Of a stretch of 64,000 nucleotides of DNA, positions 1 to 11,650 are shown one piece after another; position 1 is the first letter of the stretch; each line of letters starts with the position of its first letter. Origin of the DNA: Pelomyxa schiedti. Its lineage: Eukaryota > Protista > Evosea. Both the position numbers and the translations under genes were made by a program. The notes under the pieces were generated by a model. That model had not been told where the DNA came from. It worked only from the letters and a program-made list of their open reading frames with translations, and ran no database searches. The stretch spans positions 18,507-82,506 of the forward strand of contig JAHLWZ010000840.1 of assembly GCA_020536535.1 (NCBI GenBank). The letters are read 5' to 3'.

Positions 1-912
1 ATAGCCTCTGATAACAAAGAACACAAGGTATCTCCGGCACTCGGTAAAATTTGGTTAAATTTAACAGGTCACGGTTGCGATAATTCCACTGGATACCCGT
101 TTTACCTATACAGTATGTCTTCATAACATTTTCCCTTATCCACCATTCCCCAGGTTGTACCACGTGTCTCCCCATTTTCGTATCTCAAATCAACTACGTC
201 CAACAACTCCTCGTTCTTCCTTCTTGCTGGTGCATGCAACGTTTTTATGGACAACAACTTTGTGGCCACTTCATCACTCAAGGTGAAAACACCCCAATTA
301 ATTTTTAAAACTAAACAAGACAGGACGTTTCTCCCAATGAGGAGTTTGCTTTCTTCCTTGGAACAGACAAGGCCGTGAAAGTGGAATATAGTCCCCCTTC
401 AGAAATGAAAGATCGCGGTGGTGTTTTCAGCCGCTCTAATGTCCAGGTACATTTTTAAGTATCCGAAGTGAAAGTACTGACTGTACTCGAGACCTGGACA
501 GGGGCTATCACAGTTAAAAACACCAAGACTAAGGAGGTTAAACACAAAACACAAAACAAACACAAAACACAAACACAAACAAGATTGCTGTCACCGTTTA
601 TGAACAACTTCCAAAATCTTCCGACGAGCGCATCAAAGTTACCCTCATCGAACCCGACGTGAAGGTTTCCTCCATTCTCCTCCATTTCCCTCTAACACAG
701 AATCCAGAGGCCTGAAACCAATACAAAGCTGAACACCCAAAACAACCTTGAGATGCGCCATCACATCAAAGCCGGACAGATGCTCAAACTCTCCTGCAAG
801 TTTGTACATCCATTCCTTACAACCGGCCCCGTTTCTTACTTACTTCGCAACAACCAGGTACACAGTAGAATCCCCCACCTCCATGGAAGGCCAACTTCAC
901 TACTCCTTTTAG
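1..912 (+). CDS. DUF4139-domain protein (mucoidy-inhibitor/F37C4.5-like), 3' part only, multi-exon
   Basis: Spliced peptides IASDNKEHKV-TVAIIPL, YLKSTTSNNSSFFLLAGACNVFMDNNFVATSSL, VSPNEEFAFFLGTDKAVKVEY, ITVKNTK, VYEQLPKSSDERIKV resemble the DUF4139 pattern. Stop TAG at 910-912. Confidence 0.7.
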
Positions 913-1085
913 AAACAACAAACATCTACGGATCAAACAAAGGTCCCTCCACCCTAAAAATGGGTACCCGAACAAACCTGATCTTTCGTGAACAGGAGGT
1001 GGTTCCTTTCTTTTTCGGTGTTGTCTGTGACGAACGGCACAAAAAACACAACAACAAGAAAAACAAATACAAACGCAAATCCATC

Positions 1086-2853
1086 ATGCTTGGGGTTATT
1101 AACCTCGCTATAAGGAACCTTGTTGTAGAGAAGTATGGGAATGAGGCCTGGCTAAAAGTATTGGCTGCAGCCAACCTCACACATAGGGGTCCTTTGAGTG
1201 CAACTGCAACAACTGTAGTGTCTGGGGAGTGGCAGAGGGATGAGCAATATGATGACAAGGAGACATTCTCGCTGGTGTTTGCTGTAGCATCAACATTGTT
1301 GGTGAGGCCTGTGGATGTGATGATACTGTTTGGCAAGTACTGGATTGAGCAGCAGGAGACAGATGTTGCCTTCAAAAAGATATTGTCAAGTGCAGGTTGA
1401 AGTGCGGCACATCTATTTTTAACGCCTGGAGGCGACTCGATTCTTTTTTTCAAGCCAAAAAGTGGGCACTTAGTAACACCACCTAGGAAGTACATTTTTA
1501 CAATTTCTTCAGAATATCAACCGTCTTCATGTGCAATGTGCAGAGTTTGTTCCTCTCAAGAATCCTTCGTTTGTCTCCATTTCCGTGTCTCGCAGCAAAA
1601 CTAATGCAATATTTCCACTTTGAAGATTCACAATTGCATCAGTAACGAGGCGCGGAATTACAAACACACTGCTTCTGCAGTACTCACCGGGAGCAAAATC
1701 ACGCCAGGGCCTAGCATCTCTCGTCACTGGGCTGATCCAAGGCACTGCAGCGAGATTTTCCGCAGTATCCAATCTAAGGGTTTACTCTCGGGAATTGCAT
1801 GGGGAGGAATCACTTGAAGTAAGTTTATCACATAGCATATCCTGAAAACACTGTATCATACTATTAATGCAAGAGGGAGGAATTTTTCTATGCTAGTATT
1901 TACCTAATCTGGCTTCCATCTCCTCCTAGTTCCTACTGGTATGGGATGAAGCCCAGAACGACCTCTCATCCTCCAAACCCTGCACCCGCGAGGAATCCCC
2001 TGAAGTCGACGACCAGCTGATCCTATCATTCCTCAAATCGGAGGGATTCCTCAAGCCCGAGCAAGCCCACCTCCGCTGCCCCTCCCCTCCTCTGCCCTCC
2101 CCGTCCCTCGCCTCAACTCCCACTCCCAGTCCCAGTCCCACTCCCACTCCTACTCCCACTCCCACTCTCACTCCGACTCCCAATCCCACCCCAACCCCCA
2201 ATCTCGATGTCAATCTCAATCCCAGCGCATCCTCTCCCTCATTTTCTCCTACCCCCCCTTCCTGCAGCAGCACATCGGCCTCTACTGCCGCGGCAACTCC
2301 CACGCCAGCAGTGGCAATGAGGATGCCCGTGCCCCGGCCTAGCCCCGGCCCCGCGGCCCAGGCGAGGCAGCGGCGCAGCTCCATGCCCCTGCTGCCCTCC
2401 TCGTACAGCCGCTCCCCGCTGCTGCCCTCCATCGTGGTTTCCCCGTCTTACCCCACCGTGGCCGCCGCCCACCCGCGGGGGGTCTCGCCTCGCGCCACCA
2501 CGCGGGCCTCGCCCTCCCCTTTGCTCCCACACACCCCTGTATCGACTACCACGACCACCACCACAGCAACGACTAAGACTGCTACGCCCGCGCAGACGCA
2601 GCACCCCCACCACCACACGCAAACAACACCAACAAACTGTAACAACGTATCCCCAAGTTCGACCGTGGCCCGAGACAGCGCACAACATCAACAACGGCAA
2701 AACCAACACCAACACCAACAAACGGTACTGTCGCGTGATACGTCGAGATCTCCTCCTCCAGCTGACACTCACTGGCATCACCACCACCAAAAACAGACCC
2801 CGGCAACCGAAGGGACATCCCGCAGGGGGTCTAAAGTGTGTCTTGTACAATAA
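1086..2853 (+). CDS. H-NOX (HNOB heme-NO/O2 binding) domain protein with a long Pro/Ser/Thr/His-rich tail
   Basis: MLGVINLAIRNLVVEKYGNEAW...YDDKETFSLV...FGKYW...GSTFLQFLQNINRLH(proximal His)...NPSF...QYSPGAKSRQGLASLVTGLIQG. The last exon is low complexity and ends at 2853. Confidence 0.8.
2100..2220 (+). repeat. Coding hexamer microsatellite (CCCACT/CCCAGT)n encoding a PT/PS tract
   Basis: Direct reading: cccactcccagtcccagtcccactcccactcctactcccactcccact... Confidence 0.8.
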
Positions 2854-3042
2854 AAACGAAATGTTGTCTCACCTCTCAGACCCCCGACTCGACTCTTCGG
2901 GCTTCTGATAGAAAAAGCTATCTTGAGGTTCTCAATTGGCGTTTTGCGTCATTTAGAAAAAAAAAAGGCGGAACGGGAAAAAATGCAAAAAAAAGGCGAA
3001 GGAAGGGAAACAGAACAAAAGGAAAAAAAAACCTGATCGGAG

Positions 3043-5271
3043 ATGATGTCGACACCCACAACAGCGGCACCAACAGCCACGGCTGGGTACGAAACAACAC
3101 AAACGTCTACGCTTATTCCTCCCCCCCTCTCTCTTATCGAACGCGAACTTTACCGACGCAAACAAAAAAAAAAAAAATAAAGAAAGAAACGATCCCCAGC
3201 GACCAAGAAGGCACCACGCCCACCACAGATGCCTTCCGAAGGAGTTTTCAAATCACACCTCCCAGTTTTGCGTGTCAGGTTGACAACAGAGGTGGATGCC
3301 AAGACCGTTGAGCCGTTGTTGAAGTCCTCGGGGGCGAAGGTGAGGCGATCGTGTGTCTACTCATTGTGGCCCTTGTATATGTTGTGATTTCTAATGCGCT
3401 CTGCTTGGTGCCTTTCGCTCATTATTGTTCTGCTTGCAGGAAGTACTCGTTGTGGAGTTGTACGTTTTCGGTCTTTTCGAGACCGCTGAACTTGCCAAAG
3501 CCGCTTTAGAAAGCTTGAGGAAAAACGAGGTGGGTGGCAAAACTCTTAGGGTTGAGCATGCCAAAATCGCCAGGTCTGCATTTTTGGACCTCGTACCTTC
3601 ATTAATAATTTGCAGCACTTACAAATTGAACGCCTGGACATTAGTTTGCCCCTGCTCTGCACAATTTAAACTGGCTCAGAAGGGTGAAGATGTTTCTGGT
3701 AAGCTTTCTTTCACTGCCTATTTTTTCTAAGAAACGAAAAAAAAAAAAAAGCCCACAAGCATTACGAGACATGCGCTCTCCTTCACCCTGTGGCTAAGAC
3801 CTCTGAGGGAGCTGTTGCCTTATTGGAATTACTGTTTACCGAGTTCTACAAACAAGTTTTAGTTCTCATGTCAATTGTTTTCTTATGGGTTACCCAAGAT
3901 AAGCCTTAAAGACACAGATTACAACAGTCGACACGGCTTCCATGACCAGATCCAACTTCTCCTTTCTCAAGCAGCCGCTAACAATATCCTCCCTCCCTGT
4001 GTGCAAGATTTCTTTGTTGCTTTGTTGATTTACCTTCTTTAGGCATGAGCTTCATTTACGGTTCAGCCCTTGAGGGTACTGTTGTGCCTGGTGAACATTT
4101 TGAACTTTCAGTCATTAATCAGTCCAACGTTTCAGAGAAACAGCTTCTTCCCGCCCTTCACCAATTTCTCTCCTTTTGTAAGTTGACCGCCATTTTTCGC
4201 CAGTATTCACTTTTCCCAGATTGCCGCCATTTGATTGTGGGACAGACACACGTACCCGCTCTTATTCAAACCCAGCCTGATGGGTATTGGGAATCCTCAG
4301 TCATTATTTTATTCTTACCTTTCTCTAGGTTCCCCTTCGCTTTTAACATCGTAGTCAATAGAGACATCTGCATCTTCTCGTCTCAACTTATTCGTGACTA
4401 CTTCTATCTTGATCGCCGTTTGAAGGTGGAATTATTTTTTTTTCCCCCTAATCTCACGTTTTTCCTCAGCCCCTTGTGGTAGCGTTGAAAACATGGGCCC
4501 AGTCAATTGGCTTGTTCAATGAAAACAAGTCCTGGCTAAGGTTTCCTTTCCCACCTCTTTTACCTCTTTACAAACCCCACTAATAGCTCTTTCTGCTTCG
4601 ATCTTCTCGTTATCTACTTCTTCCAGATCAGGTACCAAATTAAAAACCCATTTTATTTTAATTATTTGCTAGGAACCCAGCGCTTCTTCCTAATCTCCAG
4701 AAAGACATCGAGCACACAAGTGCCGACCAGTGCCGCGGTGGCTTTGCTGTTGAGGGTGAGAACTGCTTCTGGCGTTCCAGCCAGTTCCTCCCCAGGCGCG
4801 CACCAGACGCAACAGGCAGAGGTGAATTGCTTCTACAGTTGTTCCATTTCTATGGCACAGAGTTCAACTTTGCCAAAAACATGGTAGAATACCTCCGTCT
4901 TGTGTACTTCATTTCTAAAGACCTCCTAGGTAAGCATTCGCCTGGGTGTTGTCAATGCCCCACGACCCGATTCTGCCAAGAAGGTCTGTTGCTCCACAGT
5001 ATTTTTCTTCCTTTGTTTGACCGGGTTTTAGGGTGCCCTCTACATTGAAGATCCCTTCCGCCACCACAACTTGGCCGATGGACTCAAGAAAGGAATCAAC
5101 TTCGCGGCTAAGTGCCTCGAGGCACACAACAAGCTCGCTTCTACTGGAGACCTCAAGGCCCTTCTCTACGGGAATGTTACCCCCAAACCAACTCCAGCAC
5201 CAACCGCAACAGCGGAAACACCAGCAACCACTCCGGCAACAACAACCGTCGCAACAGCTGACAAGTCTTAA
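3043..5271 (+). CDS. RRM + Cid1/TUTase-type nucleotidyltransferase fold + PAP-associated domain, catalytic residues degenerate
   Basis: RRM: VFGLFETAELAKAALESLRKNEVGGKTLRVEHAK. NTase: YGSALEG..., SSQLIRDYFYLDRRLK-PLVVALKTWAQ..., SSFCFDLLVIYFFQ. PAP-associated: ELLLQLFHFYGTEFNF, LYIEDPFRHHNLA. Confidence 0.75.
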
Positions 5272-5775
5272 ACCCCAAACTCCCATACAATCCCAACAAT
5301 CCAACATACAAACAAACCTACCATCCCAACCAGCAAAATCCTTCTCGCCAATTCCGATACTTGCGTGACTATCCGTATTAGAGGTAGCCACTTCACACGA
5401 CACTAAAAAAAGCCAAACAGAAAGGCCTTTTTTCCCCCAAAATGTTTCCTTCCTTCCGTGGAATTGCATGAAGACGCAGGAAAAGATAGGCACGAAAGGC
5501 ACTTCGAAGTAACACGTACTTTTGACGCATTTGGGAATAGCAATCGCCATTGAAGACGCCTCTTGGTAGTTCAATCACGTTCTCAGTGTTCCACAGCTGC
5601 CGGATCTGGGCACGAAGAACAAACAACAAATTTCCACGGCACTAAAATCCGGGAAAAAAACCCAAACAAAGTGCTTTGTCCCACCTGACCGAGTAGCCCG
5701 ACTACAGACTTGGTTACGCGAGCTACACCAATACTACGACGACACTGTTGAAGATCTTATCTCACTCTGTGAAAA

Positions 5776-8700
5776 ATGGGGCAAGGACTGACTACTCTAG
5801 CAACACTTACGTGCGGGATCGTCGGCGCGGCGTACGCCCTGCGAATGGTGTTTCCGTGCCGCCAATCGTGGCTGAGCGTACCAATCGGCGGGAGAAGCGC
5901 GGCCGCGGCGAGAATCGGCACTCACACTTCTAGGCAGTGCCGTGTGTGGGACAGGTACTCTACAAAAGACCTCTGCTCGCTCGATATGCCTGCTGGGAGG
6001 TCCATGTATCACGCTGTCAGGGAGACGGCTGTTAAGCGGGCCAAAGACCCGGCGTATGGCGTGCGTCCTGTTATTGATACCAAATTTGTTCTTGACAAAG
6101 CTGCTGTAAAGCCTGTATGTGTTACACCCATTTCCGAGCAAGTGGCTTTTTATATTCATTTACTTACACACAAAAATCCTACTTATTATTACCTATTCTC
6201 GTCATTGAGTATGAGAACAGACGCAAGGGCATGACTCTACTGCTAGTGAGGAAATTCCCAAGGAGAAACAGTTTGTACACTACCACCTGGGACCATTTGT
6301 TTGGACAACCTATGAACAAATGCTCCTCCACATCGACAATTTGGCCGCTGGTCTGGCGTTTATGGGATTGCACAGGGGTGACTATTTGGGTTTCTTCTGT
6401 GATACCTGCTCTGAGTGGATGTTGCTCTTGAATGCGTATGTTTAATTGTGTTGCACTTTGTTTTCATCTCATTCTTTTTTCTTGTACTGCAGTTGTTTTG
6501 CGCATTCTATCGTTGGTGTTACTGTATATGCCAATATTGGTACGAGCCAAACAAAGGCTTTCAATTTAATGCTTCACAGGACTTGAGGGAATTTCCTTTG
6601 CTTTCCAGCAAACTCGGCTTAAATACATCTTCACGAGTGCTGATCTTTTAACTACAGTAAGTAATTTCTCGAACAATTTTTTGTTGCTTACTTTATTGAG
6701 GTTTTGGATCTTCATAAACGTTCCCCTCTCGAGACTGTTATCTATAGGGGTACTCCCCTACCAGGTGTTGAAGATATGTATCGAGCAGAAGGTCTCAAAC
6801 TTTATTCCACTGACGAAGTTGAAAAAATGGTTTTCTCCCACCCACGCCGTTTTTTTTTTTTTTTTTTTGCTGTTTTTACCTAAGGAAAAACCAGGGTGCT
6901 TCACATCCGACACCACAGGACATTGCTGTAAGAGACGACATTGCTTTAATAATGTATCCCTTTATTCGGAAAGTTTCTGTAGCTCATCTTCAAATAGGTT
7001 TACAAGTGGAACAACTGGTGTGACAAACCTTCTTCCTATTTTTGTCTTACCAAAAAAAAAAATAAATAACGTCAAATTCATAGGGAGACCGAAAGGTGTC
7101 ATGATGACACATGGAAACATACTCTCGGCAGTTGAAGCTGCAACACATAATTATAATCTCGTCCCGAATGACCGTTTCTTGGCATATCTTCCACTTGCTC
7201 ATATTATTGAAATTGTATCAGAGTTTGTCTGTCTCACTGCCGGCAGTCTTATTGGTTACTCAGTTTGTTTCCTGATCGTCATGCGAATATTTTACTTCCC
7301 AATAGACCCCCCGCACTCTGACGGATGGTTTTGTCTACAATTGTGTTGGTGATATCAACGAATTTCATCCTACAATACTTACTGCTGTTCCTGCGGTTTT
7401 GGAACGGATTAGGAAGGGTGTCGTTGCCAAGATTCATCTCAAGAGTATGTTCACTAGAATACTCTTCACAGTTGCACTTTCTATTAAAACCCGACTACTT
7501 GGTATTTATGGAACATCTTATCAATTCACTAAGCATGCGTAGGACGAAGGAGGAGGACAATGGCCGCCTTACTTGTGATTAAACTGTTGAATAAGTTTTA
7601 TTCCTCCTCCAGCTGCCTCTTTCCAACAATTCACAGAATTTTGTTCCACAAATTTGGAGAGATCATTGGCGGAAATGTAAAGAGAATCATGTGTGGAGGT
7701 GCTCCTCTTAGTGCCATGAGCCACAAATTTTTTGAGTGTTGCTTCTGCTGCCCTGTACAAATTGGATACGGTAACTTAAGACTACTTTGTTACCGACTAA
7801 GTGATTCAATGTAGGCCTCACGGAGACATGTGGAGTGGTAACACTGAAGCCTCTCCAAGATGATTCATTTTCACGTGCTGGTCCCCCTGCCTGCATTTCC
7901 AGTATTCTTTTTTTTTCCTCTCTGTGGTGTTTCACTCACAGCTTTAGTTGTTAAGCTAGAGGATGTACCGGAGATGGGCTACACATCTGCCTCAAAGCCT
8001 CTCCCCTGTGGTGAAATTTGCGTCAAGGTTTCTTCGTCTTTCTTTTGTCATTAAATTTGCTAAATTGGAACTCACAGGGACCACAAGTTTCTCTTGGTTA
8101 TTATGATCTACCTGAAGTCACGTAATTTCCTGTTGGTTAGCCCTTTCAAACACTAACTTTGGTAGTAAGGAGGCTTATACCAGTGATGGCTTCTTCCACA
8201 CAGGAGATATTGGACGGGTAACGATTTCCCTCTTTTTGGTTAACTAATCCTTCGACAGTGGCATGAAGATGGTACCCTCGAAATTATTGACCGCAAGAAA
8301 AACTTGGTGAAGTTAGCAATGGGAGAATACATAGCGTAGGGTTCAGTTATAGTCGCAACCTAAGCTAAACCATTGTAGCCTCGAAAAACTAGAGGCAACC
8401 TATGGGCGAAGCAGTTTTGTTGATATGATCTGCATTTATGCGGACAGTACAAAGGACCAACCAGTTGGGCTCATTGTCCCCTCCAAAACTCGACTTTGTG
8501 AATTCCTTAAGATTCCACTTGAGGTTTGTCACCCAAACCCAACAAACGAATTGGTTACCGTTCCCAGAAACTGACGGACACAATGTTTGCCGAGGTGTGC
8601 GAATCACCTACGGTGGTAAAAGCAGTTTTACATTCATTACATAAAGTTGCTATTGATGGGAGGGTATGCCCCAAGCATGTCCCTCAGTCTCCATTAATTC

Positions 8701-8954
8701 CACCTAGTTAACGCGCATTGAGAAAATCAATCACATCCGCCTTGTCACCGACGAGTGGAGCCCAGAGACAGGGTTCCTAACCTCTGCCATGAAGTTGAAG
8801 AGGCAAACAATTTGCACCCACTACCAAAAGCTGATCGACGTGTGTATCTTTTCTATTTTGCACCCTCACTCAAAACACACTCCACATAATCTCAAATATA
8901 CCCAATCACACTCACCACACACTGCAGGACATGTACCGTTCCACAGGCAACTAA
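5776..8954 (+). CDS. Long-chain fatty acyl-CoA synthetase (LACS/FAA type)
   Basis: AMP-binding motifs FTSGTTGRPKGVMMTHGN, YLPLAHI, GGAPL, GYGLTET, GEICVKG, FHTGDIG, IIDRKKNLVKL, LTSAMKLKR. Confidence 0.95.
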
Positions 8955-9170
8955 TGCCAAAAAGCACAACACAAAGGCATTGACAACACCACCTTTCCCT
9001 TCTTTTTTTTCGCCGTTTCGCGCATTAGCGTATTACCGGCGTTGTTGTCATACAAAGCCATCCAATAACCTAGAAGAAACCTAGCCTATTTTTTTCTTTC
9101 AAAAACCGAAAAAAGAACAAAGAACGAACGAACAAAACAAAAAAAAAATAAAAGCAAACAAGCTAAAGGG

Positions 9171-11517
9171 ATGCGGCAAGGCACAGATCCATCTACACCA
9201 ACACAGCAGAGATCTACGCAAGCGTCGTCTCTATCGGGTACCTCTCAACCCCAGGCGCAGGCGCAGGCCCAAGCATCACCTCCATCGGGGGCAAATGTCG
9301 CCGTATCGCAGGCTCTCCCACCTGTCAGCAGCACTCCGCCGTTCACTGTGTCCGAAATAACCATCCCACAATCTCTCTCCTCGTCCTCATCTTTTAAGGC
9401 GTACACCCCGCCCCCAAACCCGCAATCTGCTCTCCCTCCTGTTGCTCCCACTGCCGTTCACGCCAATGTGACAAGAGCTACTAATTGCCCAGGGAGTTCT
9501 CCTTCGTCTCCTTTGGTGTCACCAGTTGTTCCTATTCATATTGTTAGAACGCCTTCCCCACTGGGCTACATCGATGCCCAGCCGAATGCCTTGCCAAACA
9601 ACACAGTTTTTACCCATGGAACTGGTTCTCTGGAAGCTACCACGCAAAGAAATGGTCATCAGGATCAAGTGGAGTCTGGGACAAGTTCAATAAAACCCCA
9701 CGACCCGCTTCACAACGCCATAGGAGAAGGGACAAGAGTTCCTACACCGATTCCACGTCTGCTTCTAATACCTTTTTTTTTAAAACCATTTCTTATTGCA
9801 ATTATAGTTCCCTTCCCCATTCCTTTGCTGGAATCGGAACTCTGCTCTACATTCGATGAAATTACTTCAGCACAACCCAAGCCTAACATACTTGTCATTG
9901 GAAGGAAAGGTTACTTTATCTACAATCTTTCCTTTCCTAAGAAATTTCAAGGTGTTGGGAAAACCAGTGTAATGAACATGGCTTTTGGGTTGCCTTGTGC
10001 AGGACCTGCACAGTCTGCCTCACCTTCATTAAGCAAGACTCTTTTGTTCTCTGGCACAGATACACCTGTACTTGTCTACGACTCCAGGGTCTGTCTTTTA
10101 ATTAGAATTAGTCATTATTTGAGTCTTTTCTTCTCAAGTGACTCCTTAATATAGGGAATGGAGCTGGACACTCCAGAGGGTTTCATGCGCACTACTCAAC
10201 ATTTTGTGCAAAACAACGGCCACACTGGGTCAAATGGCACATCAGAAAGTGTGGCTGGCTTTACCAACACCATACATGTTGTTTGGTATGTTATTGATTG
10301 CTCTGTCTGCCGTATCTTGCCTTTTGAAGCAAAGTGTGTACAGCAAAATATAACTAGAATAACCTTACTTCAGATTGTGCCAAGAGACACTCCGAGATAC
10401 ACCAATGGCATTTCTTCTTAACAAAGCAGACCTATGTACAACCAGTGAACTTGAGTTAATGAAACAAGTTTTGAAAAATCTTAACTTACCTCATTGTATT
10501 GGTACACAACAACTCAATGACCTGCGCTAATTTCTAAAAGGAATTTTTATGACTGTTGTATCACCTGCTTGCCTGGAGGATGTAGAAATTTGTCCAAAAT
10601 GTGGTAGGAATCTCTCTCACTGTTGGTCTTCCCTCACTTTTTTAAGGCAGTGATGACATATCCTTATGGAGGAAGAAAAAGAAGTGGCAGTGTGAGTCAT
10701 GTGGTTTCTTTGGTACCCTCCATAGACTGAACAGTGGCTTGAAAGTACGTATGGGCCTCTCCCTTTATATATTTACTATCGCACAGGAATTGATTGAGGC
10801 CACAAGAACAGCGCTGCCAGGTATAACCTCCTAAGAAAAAATAACACTCTACCTACCTTTTCTAGAACACGTTCGTGAGCCATTCATAGGTGCACAACAA
10901 GTTTCTTTGAATTTGAAATCTCTTAGATCAAAGCGCATCATTGAGGGTATCTCCCCAAGTAATCTAATAGCACTTACATGCACAAGAGTACTACTCTGGA
11001 AGGAATCGGGAACAAATTGAAGTTCTTAAAGCATCCCTTCAAATGCTTAGTAGGCTTTTCAAAATATGGTAAGACCATCACCGGCAATTTTCATCTCAAT
11101 TCGTTAGGGATTTGAGCCTGGTGAATAAGTCAGCAACAGAAATGCTTTTAGAAGGTGCCGAGCTCCCTCAGCTACAACACAAAACGTTCATCGACAAACT
11201 GGCACGCACACTACGGCTGGTAGGTGGTTCTGAGCAGCTCAAACAGACCGCTTTTGGAATATCATGGGCCCTAGCATTGCAGCGTCTCCACATGGTATCA
11301 TTTCAGTTTCCTTCATTCTCACTGATCGTTTTTCCAGCTTATCCTGCAAAGAATCTCTGCAGAGCCCTGTCGTATGGCAAGTGAGATTCTCGCTGAGTGT
11401 GTGGATTTGGTGCTGGCCGATATTGACGAAAATATGCTTGCCGCTAACCTGAAGCTACTCAAAGAAAGTCCACTGCAGACCGTGCTGGATTCTGCTCTTT
11501 CCTTGTCAGAACCCTGA
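9171..11517 (+). CDS. TRAFAC-class P-loop GTPase (HSR1/YcjF-like) with an inserted zinc ribbon and a disordered N-terminus
   Basis: G1 KPNILVIGRKGVGKT, G3 VYDSRG, IHVVWYVIDC, G4 LLNKAD, then CPKCGSDD...WQCESCG and a helical C-terminus. Stop TGA at 11515-11517. Confidence 0.7.
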
Positions 11518-11650
11518 GTGCTAGAACCCCTCAGTGTTGCTATTGTGAATAACACGTTATCGACTGTAAATGAGGCCAAAATATGTAAAAAGCAAAGTGG
11601 ATATCACCAAAGAAAATATTGTGAAAAAAAGCTTTTTCTTTTTCTTTCTT

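Noticed and set aside
700-760. Apparent in-frame stops in several genes suggesting an alternative genetic code
   Set aside because: All checked cases are resolved by short GT-AG introns or alternative acceptors; the standard code fits.
1926-2850. Long antisense ORFs (also 19631-20437, 24381-24674, 63438-63887)
   Set aside because: Shadows of GC-rich or low-complexity coding sequence on the opposite strand.
6954-7000. U12-type intron (donor GTATCCCT)
   Set aside because: Donor deviates from RTATCCTT and no TCCTTAAC branch point is present. The TCCTTAAT at ~10143 belongs to an intron with a non-U12 donor.
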